A stretch of DNA of 37,176 nt. Origin: Flectonema sp. DT1601. Its lineage: Eukaryota. A program made the position numbers and the translations under genes. Shown here piece after piece: positions 9,213 to 20,654 of the stretch (position 1 is its first letter; the number at the start of each line of letters is the position of its first letter). Under the pieces are notes generated by a model. The model ran no database searches and was not told where the DNA came from. It saw only the letters and a list, made by a program, of their open reading frames with translations. The DNA lies in contig OZ025790.1 in the NCBI GenBank assembly GCA_964019425.1, positions 1,488,001-1,525,176 on the forward strand, in the 5' to 3' direction.

Positions 9213-9804
9213 CCTACTCGCATGGGTAGTCCACCAAGTTGACCATTGTTTAGTTTATTGATATCACCGAGTGATTTGTTTCTCATGTTTCCTTTCTTCC
9301 AAACAGGTGCCCAAAGGATGCAAGATAATTACTGTTAAATATATTTCAGTAATTTGCAGCATCCCAAAGCACCGTTTCACCAAGCATCGAATTTTTCGAT
9401 GCGTTCCCATAATGTAAATCCAACATTATGATTATTAGTTTCTTAATACCAATTCTTAATTCACACCCATTTATCAGATTTCGAACCCCGTTTCGCGCAT
9501 ACCTTTTTCACGAATTTTAAATTCCCACCCACCCACACCTTTTTAAAAAAAAAAAAAAAAAAGTCCCACCCACCGACCCTCCATCGCCGGCAACCCAACG
9601 AACAGAACTGGGACCGGCAGCGGCGTCCAGCCCATCCATGGCGGACCCACCACAACCCCAACGCGGTGACCTACTCGCATGGGTAGTCCACCAAGTTGAC
9701 CATTGTTTAGTTTATTGATATCACCGAGTGATTTGTTTCTCATGTTTCCTTTCTTCCAAACAGGTGCCCAAAGGATGCAAGATAATTACTGTACTTTATT
9801 GTTT

Positions 9805-10219
9805 CTGTTAAATATATTTCAGTAATTTGCAGCATCCCAAAGCACCGTTTCACCAAGCATCGAATTTTTCGATGCGTTCCCATAATGTAAATCCAACATT
9901 ATGATTATTAGTTTCTTAATACCAATTCTTAATTCACACCCATTTATCAGATTTCGAACCCCGTTTCGCGCATACCTTTTTCACGAATTTTAAATTTAAA
10001 TTTGGTGGTGGAGCCGGCAACCCAACGAACAGAACTGGGACCGGCAGCGGCGTCCAGCCCATCCATGGCGGACCCACCACAACCCCAACGCGGTGACCTA
10101 CTCGCATGGGTAGTCCACCAAGTTGACCATTGTTTAGTTTATTGATATCACCGAGTGATTTGTTTCTCATGTTTCCTTTCTTCCAAACAGGTGCCCAAAG
10201 GATGCAAGATAATTACTGT
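9805..10219 (+). mobile_element. Non-coding mini derivative of the YR element (repeat A joined directly to repeat B)
   Basis: ctgt, repeat A (9809-~10002), ggtggtgga, repeat B, ctgt; no ORFs. Flanked by the same gtttctgt / actttatt target halves. Confidence 0.85.
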
Positions 10220-10241
10220 ACTTTATTGGCAAAAAATTAAA

Positions 10242-12092
10242 ATGGCTGGAAAGAAAGCAATGCGTCCGCAAGATAGAAGGGCAGCGGAAAGGAGAGAAAG
10301 AGAAAGGAAAGAGGCGAAGAAGATGAGGGAACAGGCCAAAAATGAGATCCGAGAAGAAGAAGGAGACGAAGACGAAGACGTGGTGATGGGAGGATCACCA
10401 GAAGTATCAGAGGAAGAAATGGAGATGGACTCTCCAGAAGTACCGGAAGGAATCGCAGTAGAGGTGACAGCAGTAGGACCTCCAGCAGTATTTCAAGCAA
10501 GCCCTCAAAACAAGGAGGCAACTCAAACTAAGACAAGCCCTCAAAACAAAGAGGCAACTCAAATAAGCCCTCAAAATATCGAGGCACAAGGAAGTGTTAT
10601 ATTACTATCTAAGCAAAGCCCTCCGTCAAATGAGGCACCAAGCCCTCAAATCAAAGAGGCACAAAGATCGAAGACGGTGATTATGACTGGACCACCACCG
10701 AAGCTTAACAAGGAGCATTTTAATTGCAAGATCCTCCAGCCAACTGATGACCTCAACAGTAAAACCAATGGAATTATACTCTCATTGGCTCAACAAGGAA
10801 GAAGCCTGGACGAAAAATACTTTGAAAAGGCCAGCAAAACGAAGCAACTGACGATGGTGTTCACACGACCACCTCCAAAACGTGCCCTACAACACGCAAC
10901 TGACTGCAGTCAGATACAAACGCCGGTCCAGTTTGATGGACAATTAAGAATAAGAAGCTGGTGGTTCGTTGCTTTGTCTGGCACGATCCACCGGCCAACT
11001 CTAACAATAGCCAAGAAGATCAACCCACCGGTGACCCACGAATTAATTGCGTGGATAACAACTAAAGAGTTGACCAAGTCACAGGTCCAAAACCCGGCAG
11101 CTGTAACAGCAATTGTCAAAGCTGTTGTGGCACAACACGGAAGAGTCGACCAACGCTCCTACAGATACGTTGGCAAAGACTTCGTAGAACTCACTGTTCT
11201 CCCAAACGACGTGGATGCAGCTGTTGCATTATTAAGAAACTCCGGAATAGGAAATGTTTATTTCCGGATCAAATCAGTGGCGGGACAGACACCCACTCAG
11301 TACACTACAGTGTGGCTGGACCGCAAGACAACGAACGAAGAGGCAGTTGGCATACTTAAAGCCCAACATGACCTCTGCCATGGACCCACCATCATACATG
11401 GCAAGATTGGATTGAGGGTGGTTTATCAAAAGGATGTTGATAAAGTTAGAAAGGGTGCTGGCAAATATGCATCCGCAGTGTTTGGCGAAGGGCTCCACCG
11501 TCTCAGTGGAGCACCTTACAGCTGGGGCAACAGACTCCGGAACATCCTATTGGAGATAGGACTGAAGTCGAAGTTTATAAGGATGGATAGAGGTGACTTT
11601 ATCATCGCACTGGGCAAGAAACCAGAATCAAGGTTTGTACAGTGTGGTGATATTGTCATCCTCATTGAAAAGTTAGAAACAGAAGTGAAGGCGAAGGAAA
11701 CAGCGAAACCCGTAGTGGTTAAGTACCGTGAGGCTAGAACATCGTACGCAGCAGCGGTCAAGAGGTCACTCCCGACAACGAAGAAACCAACGGCCGAAGT
11801 TCAGGTTGTAGAAAACAACGTCAACAGCCTGAGAGAGAAAACGAACGAGACTATCGAACGTCTCCAGAAAGAAGTGAAGGACATGCAAGTTCGACTTGAT
11901 GAAGGCATGGCACAGATAACCGGGATTGTAGAAACCCTGGTGCAAACTACGAAAAAGAACGAAGCAGCCAACAACAACATGGCGACAGCCATCACTTCGC
12001 TAATAGAAGCTGTCAAGAGGATTGAGAACAATCTTGGTATGAACAAGATTACTACAAGTGCGACCAACAGGAACAACACTGGCCAATCATGA
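10242..12092 (+). CDS. LINE family A ORF1 (616 aa from MAGKKAM)
   Basis: True ATG at 10242; the upstream extension in the ORF track is YR repeat B sequence. Basic then acidic N-terminus, SPQNKEATQ repeats, C-terminal coiled-coil-like region. Overlaps ORF2 by ATGA. Confidence 0.88.
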   Translation: MAGKKAMRPQDRRAAERRERERKEAKKMREQAKNEIREEEGDEDEDVVMGGSPEVSEEEMEMDSPEVPEGIAVEVTAVGPPAVFQASPQNKEATQTKTSPQNKEATQISPQNIEAQGSVILLSKQSPPSNEAPSPQIKEAQRSKTVIMTGPPPKLNKEHFNCKILQPTDDLNSKTNGIILSLAQQGRSLDEKYFEKASKTKQLTMVFTRPPPKRALQHATDCSQIQTPVQFDGQLRIRSWWFVALSGTIHRPTLTIAKKINPPVTHELIAWITTKELTKSQVQNPAAVTAIVKAVVAQHGRVDQRSYRYVGKDFVELTVLPNDVDAAVALLRNSGIGNVYFRIKSVAGQTPTQYTTVWLDRKTTNEEAVGILKAQHDLCHGPTIIHGKIGLRVVYQKDVDKVRKGAGKYASAVFGEGLHRLSGAPYSWGNRLRNILLEIGLKSKFIRMDRGDFIIALGKKPESRFVQCGDIVILIEKLETEVKAKETAKPVVVKYREARTSYAAAVKRSLPTTKKPTAEVQVVENNVNSLREKTNETIERLQKEVKDMQVRLDEGMAQITGIVETLVQTTKKNEAANNNMATAITSLIEAVKRIENNLGMNKITTSATNRNNTGQS

Positions 12093-15000
12093 TTGTGATT
12101 TGGTCAAATAACATTCGCTCAGTTCTGAAACCAGAAAATTACTTTCGATTGAACTGGGCACTGAAAGAAGAAAAGCCTGAAGTAGTACTACTGCAGGAAA
12201 CGTGGTTATCAAAAGAAAAACACTTCGATATTGAAGGGTATTCAATCCACAGGAGAGACAGCACCATCAAGTCAGGTCATCGAGGACTCGTCACTCTGGT
12301 CAGAAATGATTTAAATAAGTTAATATTAAAACACCCCGACATCTCACATGACCAAACTGAGATATTAACAGTAGTACTTCAATCTAATCCGCCATTGACA
12401 ATTCACAATGTTTACCACCCGCCTGAAATCAAGGCAACAACATGGAAGTTTAAAACAGAGCCCGGCACATTGATTGCGGGTGACATTAATGGACACCATT
12501 CAACTTGGTCAAATGGTAATACAAACACCACTGGTAACAGCTTCTACGATTGGCCACTAGAAGCAACAATTCGAGTACTAAATACACCTCAACATCAAAC
12601 AAGACCTCAAAGCTCAGCTTCTCCGGATGTAATTGCATTAGATATTTCTTTGGATGCACAAATCGAACTCATGAAGGGATGGGGCAGCGATCACTTGCCA
12701 CTCAAACTGACAATCGAAGATATCAAAATAGATGAATATTCAAAAGAGAGTTCTGGGACGTGGAAATGGAAGTGGCATTGTGCCGATTGGGATTATTATA
12801 AAATACTGTTGGAAAGGGCAGCGCCCAAATTAGAAAGAATTAAGAATGTACAGAAACTTGCTAATAGGATCAACAACGAGATTCTGAGAGCAGCGAGTAG
12901 GGCCATCCCAGGCTACAACAAGAAGTCAAGTAGTACCTTCGCTGTGAGGGATTCAGAATTGGAAGATTTAATGGCAGAGACTGACCCTGATAAGACAGAC
13001 TCAGAAGCAATTGAAAGAGGTATCAACATGATCAAACAGAAGATCATTGAGTGCGACATGACTGGAATGGACTACCGATGGGCCTTTAGAAAAGTTAAAC
13101 AACTGGAAGGTAGAATGATGGACCATTCAATTACTAAGATTGTCGACGGTGAGAAGGAATTAACTGACCCGCGGGAGATGGCAGATGTCTTCACCAAAAC
13201 ATACGCAGACCAATTCAAATTCGAAGACGGTGAACCAACCTTACAAGGAATACCTGATGACAACTCGGTGGAATTTGGAATGCCTGAACTGGAACGACAA
13301 ATTTCAAAAACAAAGGAGAAGAAGGCACCTGGACCTGACCACATCTGGAACTCGATGTTAAAACAACTTCCAAAAGCTTTCCTCGAGCAACTACTAAGAC
13401 TATTCAACCTCTCATGGCAACGATCAGCAGTACCCAGGTGCTGGAAAAGTGGAATGGTAATACCCATACTGAAACCTGATAAAGACAAGAAACAAGTCCT
13501 GTCGTACAGACCGATAGCACTAACCTCGACCGTCTCGAAGCTCTTTGAAAGAATGGTCGTAGAACGGATGCACCACCTGTTGAAAGACAGAATGAATCCG
13601 AGGTAAGCAGCCTACAAAAGAGGACGGGATTCCATTGAAAATCTCTGTATAGTTACAGACAAACTCAAAAGTGCCAAGGCAATGGGAGAAGAAGCGATAT
13701 TAATCACCTTCGACCTACAAAAAGCCTTTGATGCAGTTCAACCGGTAACTCTTCTAAATAAGATGTCCAAAATAGGACTACCAACGAAATATCTACGGTG
13801 GGTTCAAAACTACTTGACTAGTAGGAAGATTTCAACAAGGGTGAATGGAGTGAAGGGAGCATTCCGGAACATTCGAGTAGGAGTGCCACAAGGAAGCGTG
13901 CTGGGACCCCAGTTATTCTCTATCTTCATAAACGATTTGATAGATAAACTAGAGATGTACGAACCGACTGTCTTTGCAGATGATGTTGGAATAGTAATAA
14001 CCGCGGGCACTGTCAGCTGTTTAGAAAACAAGGTTAACAACGCAGTCAAAATATTTGAAAGGTGGGCACTTGACTCACACATCAAAATCAATAAGAACCC
14101 TGGCAAGACGGAATACATTCACGTGAGGCCAAGAGGAACACATGACAAGTCCCCAGTAGTAGTATACTCTGAAGAACACACATTTAAATATGTGGTGGCC
14201 ACGGCAGAACAAATGAGTAACCTTGTGAAGGATGATAACTCAACAACTGTAGTTTCAAAAGAAGAATTCGCCATCACTCACCTGTATGTCGTTCCAAAAC
14301 ATAAGATCAAAGTCAAGCTACCGAACAAACCGGCGGTACTGAAAACAATGAAGATGAGTGCCCGCTTCCCACAACTGAAGAAAGTCCACAACAAGGCAGA
14401 AATAGATAAGATGCTGGAAAGAGTGGGACCCGGACTACACGGATCTGCCTATGCGGTCGGACGAAAAGTTCACAAGACGAATACCGTGCGGTATCTAGGC
14501 GTACATTATGACGAGAAGTTAACCTTTAAGTCGCAAATTCAAAAGATGATGACAGCTGCTTCCAAGGGTCTAGGCTTGTTGGTTAGACTCACCAGGATAG
14601 GCTGCAGAAAGAGGACACTCATCAGTATACTGGTGACGGTGGTGTTAGCAAGGGTGCTTTATGGTGTTGAAAGCTTTGCTTGGATGCTACCAAAAGAGTG
14701 CTTCGAACAACTGGAATTACTAGTAAACAGGGCAGTGAGGCTGGTAACTGGATGTCTGCGGAGCACCAAACTACAGAGACTTTACAAAGAAGCCGACACG
14801 CCAAGACTGAAGGAACACATCCAGTATAAGATGTGTAGAACTTACGAACGTTTCAAATTGAGTCCGTTCCTACCGACTCGCAAGCTGACGAGAACAGGGA
14901 GTTCAGAATTATTTCAAAAATCGAAATGGGGATGGAATGTCTGGATAGACTATGTCTCTGGTGTCCCTGGCCTTGACAACTACCGGGGCATTACCAACCT

Positions 15001-16006
15001 GGAAGTGAACCCAGAACACTACACTGTCCCTCCATGGAAAAGTACTAATGCGATGAAATTCACATATTCACACAACAAGGAAGAGGCTGAACAGCGAGAA
15101 ACTGAATTACCAGCTCACGAGATGAAAGTCTACACTGACGGGTCGATAAGACACAAACCCAACACTTACATGACAGACTCGGCTGCCGCTGTGGTCATGG
15201 TTAACGGAAGCAAGATGCGTCTACTTGGATATAAAATACCAGTAGCGGGTTCCTCTTATAGGACCGAGCAGATTGCAGTAAAAATGGCGTTGGAAAATTT
15301 AGTTCAGGTGGCGGAGGATGAACATGAATCTCTAACAACAACGACGCACCTGTTGACTGATTCGATGTCAGTCATGCAGGCATTGGAACAAGGGCCATAT
15401 AAACAAAGGTCCCCAATGAACAAAAAGATCTGGAAGTTGGCAATAAAACTGGAGAAGAAGGGAATCCAAGTCAACATGCAGTATGTACCGGCACACAGAA
15501 ACGTGCGGTACAACGAAGTAGCGGACCAACTGGCGAAATTCGCTGCAGGCCTGAAGGAAGATCCACCTCACGAAGATGTTATTATTAAACAACTGCCGAC
15601 TCAACTTGACATGGGAACACTGATGACGTTTCACAAGCGGAGAAAACGGGAGAACTGGATCGGACCGGGAGAGGTAAGACACCCTCCGTACATCGAAGCT
15701 CTAACACGACCAGAGGAAGTACTGATGTCACGCTTTAGAGTGGGACATTGCAGATCTCTGATAATCAAAGGACTGAACGAGCTGTGCTTTTTCTGTAAAC
15801 TTGGAAAGGCGACAGCACATCATGTATTATTTATATGCGAACATTGGTGTATAGAAACCTTGAGGGAAAAATACATCAGTCACATGATGAATGACAAGGG
15901 AGAGGAAGCATGCCAACTGGAGGACTGCTACTTACCTGCGAATCAACAGCAGATGACTGGTTTTGTCACAACCTTAGACAGACTGGCACAACTATTAGGA
16001 CGGTAG
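12089..16006 (+). pseudogene. LINE family A ORF2 (APE endonuclease - RT - RNase H - zinc knuckle) with one in-frame TAA at 13604-13606
   Basis: APE motifs SNNIR, LLQETW, AGDING, SDHLP; RT motifs KAPGPD, YRPIALTS, FDLQKAFD, GVPQGSVLGP, FADD, YLG; RNase H motifs VYTDGS, TDSMS, NEVADQLAK; CFFC..H..C. Family B has CAA (Gln) at the stop position, and the two track ORFs are in the same frame. Confidence 0.93.
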
Positions 16007-16279
16007 TATTATTAAAACATCGACATTTCGAATATCAACATTGAAGGCATCATTGCAACACATCTGAAGTCGTCCAAGTGGACAATTTATTCTGTAGTAT
16101 TAGTTTTAAGTTATCAAAACAAAGAAAGGAGATACGAAGCCTACGGGATTCCCACCCCCAACCCCCAAAACAAAGAAAGTAAGAAAGAAAGAAAGAAAAA
16201 GAACAACCGCGCCTAACAGCGCAATCAGCATCACAGACTCACGGGTCGTGGTGCACACAAAAAAAAAAAAAAAAACGAT

Positions 16280-16665
16280 GCATGCCAACTGGAGGACTGC
16301 TACTTACCTGCGAATCAACAGCAGATGACTGGTTTTGTCACAACCTTAGACAGGCTGGCACAACTATTAGGACGGTAGTATTATTAAAACATCGATATTT
16401 CGAATATCAACATTGAAGGCATCATTGCAACACATCTGAAGTCGTCCAAGTGGACAATTTATTCTGTAGTATTAGTTTTAAGTTATCAAAACAAAGAAAG
16501 GAGATACGAAGCCTACGGGATTCCCACCCCCAACCCCCAAAACAAAGAAAGTAAGAAAGAAAGAAAGAAAGAAAGAAAGAAAAAGAACAACCGCGCCTAA
16601 CAGCGCAATCAGCATCACAGACTCACGGGTCGTGGTGCACACAAAAAAAAAAAAAAAAAAAAAAA
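16280..16665 (+). mobile_element. LINE family A, very short 3' fragment with poly(A)
   Basis: Repeats ~15908-16275 with a longer (GAAA)n run. Candidate TSD (aa)cgat at 16274-16279 and 16664-16669. Confidence 0.9.
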
Positions 16666-16697
16666 CGATTCTAAAGCTACAGTTTCTGTTAAATATA

Positions 16698-19600
16698 CAA
16701 TATAGAACAAGCTTCTATAATTGGTCATTAGAAGCTGCCATGGAAGTATTAAACGAGCCCCAGCAGATAACGAGACCATTGAGCTCATCCTCCCCAGATA
16801 TTATTGCTCTGGATAATTCAATGATGGCAAACATAGGACTGCTAAATGGATGGAGTAGCGACCATCTTCCAATAAGTGTAAAGATTGAAAACATACACTT
16901 GACGAAAACCAAACCACAATCGAACGAGATGTGGCAATGGAAATGGAAGTGTGCAAAGTGGCATGCATACTCGGAGGTTTTAACGACGGCGGCAACGAAG
17001 TTAAAGAATATTGAAACAGTGCAAAAACTTGCAACAAGGATCTCTGTAGAAATTCTGAAGGCTGCGAAACAAACCATACCGGGCTATAAGAAAAGGACGC
17101 AAACCACCTTCTCAGTGAGGGATCCAGAAATAGAAAGACTGCCTGATGAACCCAACCAGGACAAAGTTGACAAGGATGCCATTGCGGAAGGCATCAGAAA
17201 AATTAAAAGAAACATCATCGAATGTGACATGACTGGGATGGACTACCAATGGGCTTTCAGAAAAGTAAAGCAACTTGAAGGGGGCATTGTTGATAATAAC
17301 ATTAGCGAATTAGAACATGAAGGCAGTACAACAACTGATCCAAAAGAAATGGCAGACATATTTACCACGGCATACGCGACACAATTCAATCTGGTAGACG
17401 ACGAAGTGCCCTCCTTGGTATTTGAGAACAAACCAGGGGACGAAGGCAATGAAGAATTCACAATGAGAGAACTAAAGCGACAGCTCAAGAAATTAAAAGA
17501 CAAGAAAGCACCCGGGCCGGATGGGGTGTGGAACACTATGTTAAAGAAACTCCCAGAAACATTTATGGTGCAACTCTTACGGCTGTTCAACATGACTTGG
17601 GAAAAGTCGGCGGTTCCGAGATCTTGGAAGTATGGGATAGTAGTTCCAATCTTAAAATCGGGAAAAGACAAGAAACGTGTACTCTCTTACCGACCAATAA
17701 CATTGACGTCAGCAATAAGCAAGTTGTTTGAGAAGATGATGGCAGAAAGGATGCATCATTTACTTGGGGACAGAATGAGTGCGCGGCAAGCCGCATATAA
17801 AAGAGGGCGCAGTGCCGTAGAAAATCTCTGCATGATAACAGAGAGACTACTAGATGGAAGGTACCGAGGTAGGGAATCGATGTTAATGACGTTTGACCTG
17901 CAGAAGGCATTCGATGCCGTCCAACCGAAAATTCTACTGAAGAGGATGTCTGAAGTTGGGATACCGGCGAAATACACAAGATGGGTCCAGAGCTATTTGA
18001 CTGGGAGAAAGATCACAACCAGAGTAAACGGCGAAAAGGGAACATTCAAACACATACAAGTTGGAGTACCCCAAGGAAGTGTCCTAGGACCACAGCTATT
18101 CCCGATATACATCGAAAGCCTTATACGAGAATTGAATAGGTATAAACCAGCAGTCTTTGCAGATGATGTTGGGCTCGTGATGACATCTCCAGATGTTAAA
18201 GGACTGGAGGACAAAGCTAACACAGCAGTACGCATCTTCTCAAATTGGGCCGCAGCATCCCACATTTGTATAAACAAGAGCCCGGGTAAAACAGAGTTCA
18301 TACATGTGAGGCCGGATACCGATAGCCAAGACAATAAGTCTCCACAAGTGCTATACCCGGAGGGGCACACCTTCAAATATGTCGTCACAACAGCAGAGGC
18401 CATCCGAAAAATGCTAAATAATCAGGACTCAACTACTATAGGCAATTCTAAAAAGGCGATAACACATTTCTATGTGGTTCCGCAGCATAAAATAAAACGA
18501 AAATTACCGACGACAGAAACTGTATTGGTAGACATGCAGATGGAACCTAGTAAATGCTCACAACTGCAAAAGGTTCGCACCAGAGGAGACATCCTGAGGA
18601 TGCTACAAGGAACTGGATCTGGTCTCAAGGCTTTTGCATTTTCGGTGGTGGACAAACTACATGAAACGGATGTAGTAAGATACTTGGGAGTTCTGTACGA
18701 CAAAAACCTCGACTTCAAAACTCACATGCGAAAGATGATGACGGCAGCCTCCAGAGGACTGGGGCTCCTGCTAAGACTCTCCAAGATGGGATGCAGGAAG
18801 AGAACCCTCATCTGTGTTCTGGTGACTGTTGTAATGGCGAGAGTGCTCTATGGGGTTGAAAGTTTTGCCTGGCTGCTGCCAAAGAGAGGTGACGTCAGTC
18901 TTGAGAGGCTAAACATCTTAATAAACAGAGCCGCTAGACAGGTAACGGGATGTCTGCCAAGCACCAGACTGAGGAACTTGTACCATGAAGCAGATATGCC
19001 GAAATTACAAGAACACATACGCTACAAGATGTGTAGGGCCTATGAAGAATTCAAATTAAGTCCCCACCTACCAGCTTGTAGCCTCACAATGACGGAGGGA
19101 GGCCTAAACTACCCACCAAAAACAGCTTGGGGTCGCATAGTTTGGGATGAATATGTGTCGGGGATCCCGGGACTCGACAAACACAGAAGCTCGTATCACT
19201 CGGAAATCAATCCAAAGCACTATAAGATGCGATCATGGAAGGTAACTAATGCAATAGAATTCAATTACTGTTTTGGAAAAGAAGAGGCAAAAGACAAAGA
19301 AGCCGGTCTACCAATTGAAGACGTGAAGGTGTACACAGATGGGTCTATTAGACATAGGACGAAGACGTACATGACCAAGTCAGGAGCATCTGTGATAATA
19401 GTGAAGGGTAAGGAGGTTAGCATGACCGGATTCAGAATACCTGTAGCAGGAAGCTCCTACAGAACTGAACAGATAGCCGTGGAACAAGCGATGAGAATAC
19501 TCCTGAAAAACAAAAAGGCATCCGAAGGAATACTTCCCACAACAAAGACGCATATTCTAACTGACTCAATGTCGCTAATACAGGCACTTGAGCGAGGACC

Positions 19601-20460
19601 TGAAGAACAGAAATCTGCTACAAATGCATCAATCTGGAAGTTAGCACTGAAACTGGAACACAGAGGTGTTAATATTAACATGCAGTATGTCCCGGCACAT
19701 ATGGATGTGCTGTATAATGAAATAGCAGACAAGGTGGCAAAACACGCTGCAGGTACGATAAAGAAACCTCCAGATGACAGTGTGGTACTCGAGAGTTTAG
19801 TTACTAGACTGGATATGGGAACCCTTATGACTTTTCACAAGAGAAGAAAACGAGAGGAGTGGATTGGAGCCGGCGAACAGAGGCATCCACCTTTTGTAGA
19901 AGAACTGACGAGACCACAAGAAGTCCTAATGTCCCGCTTCAGAGTTGGACACTGTAGATCTCTTAAACTAAAAGGAATAAACGAACAGCGCATCTTCTGT
20001 CATGGAGATACTGCAACACCGCATCATGTGCTTTTCAAGTGCAACCACTGGTGTATCCAAAAGATGAGATCATTGTACATACACAGCATGATTAATACCG
20101 AAACTGGTGAAGTAGTGAGTAAAGTAGAGGACTGCTTCTTAAAGGAGAATCAACGCAGCATGTCCAACTTTGTAGTGGTACTGGACCAAATAGCTGAAAT
20201 GCTCGGAAGACCTGGAAATCCATAATTTAAAGATGCGGTTCTTAGACCAAATGAGGAAGTAAACTGAACTCTTTAGTAATTGATAAACAAAGAAGATACG
20301 AAGCCTACGGGAACCCCCCATCCCATCCCCAATCCCCACAAAAAGAAAGTTTACAGAAGAAAGAAAGAACAACCGCGCCTAACAGCGCAAACAGCAAAGC
20401 AGGTCGAAGGAACCTGCTGTGCACACAAAAAAAGAAAAAAAAAAAAAAAAAAAAAAAAAA
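16698..20460 (+). mobile_element. LINE family B, 5'-truncated inside APE; open ORF2 to 20225 (RT, RNase H, zinc knuckle), poly(A)
   Basis: Homologous to family A ORF2 from SFYNWSLEA onward (SDHLP, FADD, VYTDGS). Poly(A) ~20426-20460. Candidate TSD aaatata at 16691-16697 and 20458-20464, inside repeat A1 of YR copy 2. Confidence 0.93.
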
Positions 20461-20654
20461 TATATTTCAGTAATTTGCAGCATCCCAAAGCACCGTTTCA
20501 CCAAGCATCGAATTTTTCGATGCGTTCCCATAATGTAAATCCAACATTATGATTATTAGTTTCTTAATACCAATTCTTAATTCACGACCCATTTATCAGA
20601 TTTCGAACCCCGTTTCGCGCATACCTTTTTCACGAATTTTAAATTTAGATTTAA

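Larger units (their letters stand above)
4791..9792 (+). mobile_element. Tyrosine-recombinase retrotransposon copy 1 (gag-YR-RT/RH, VIPER/TATE-like order, split direct repeats)
   Basis: Repeats A1 ~4795-4982, B1 9129-9335, A2 9336-9523, B2 9586-9792. CTGT occurs at both ends and at the internal B1|A2 junction. Encodes YR and DIRS-type RT/RNase H. Confidence 0.93.
4739..16275 (+). mobile_element. LINE family A, apparently full length (I/Ingi-like domain content), 5'UTR interrupted by YR elements (4795-10219)
   Basis: 5' stub ...aacgattctaaagctacagtttctgt (to 4794) rejoins actttattggcaaaaaattaaaATG (10220-10244), followed by ORF1, ORF2, 3'UTR and poly(A) ending at 16275. The exact 5' end is uncertain (4739 or ~4775). 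Confidence 0.8.

Noticed and set aside
8522..9286. 254-aa antisense ORF (also 24183-24947) and 263-aa antisense ORF 27475-28266
   Set aside because: No recognisable motifs. They lie opposite RT/RNase H or YR, and identity between copies merely reflects recent duplication.
9129..10219. Alternating B-A-B-A-B repeats as a CRISPR-like or ncRNA array
   Set aside because: Units are ~190-210 bp without unique spacers and are explained by split direct repeats plus the mini element. No hammerhead core (CUGANGA...GAAA) was seen.
13604..13606. In-frame TAA as evidence of a non-standard genetic code or readthrough
   Set aside because: Single C-to-T change relative to CAA in family B. TAA, TAG and TGA all terminate other ORFs at homologous ends.
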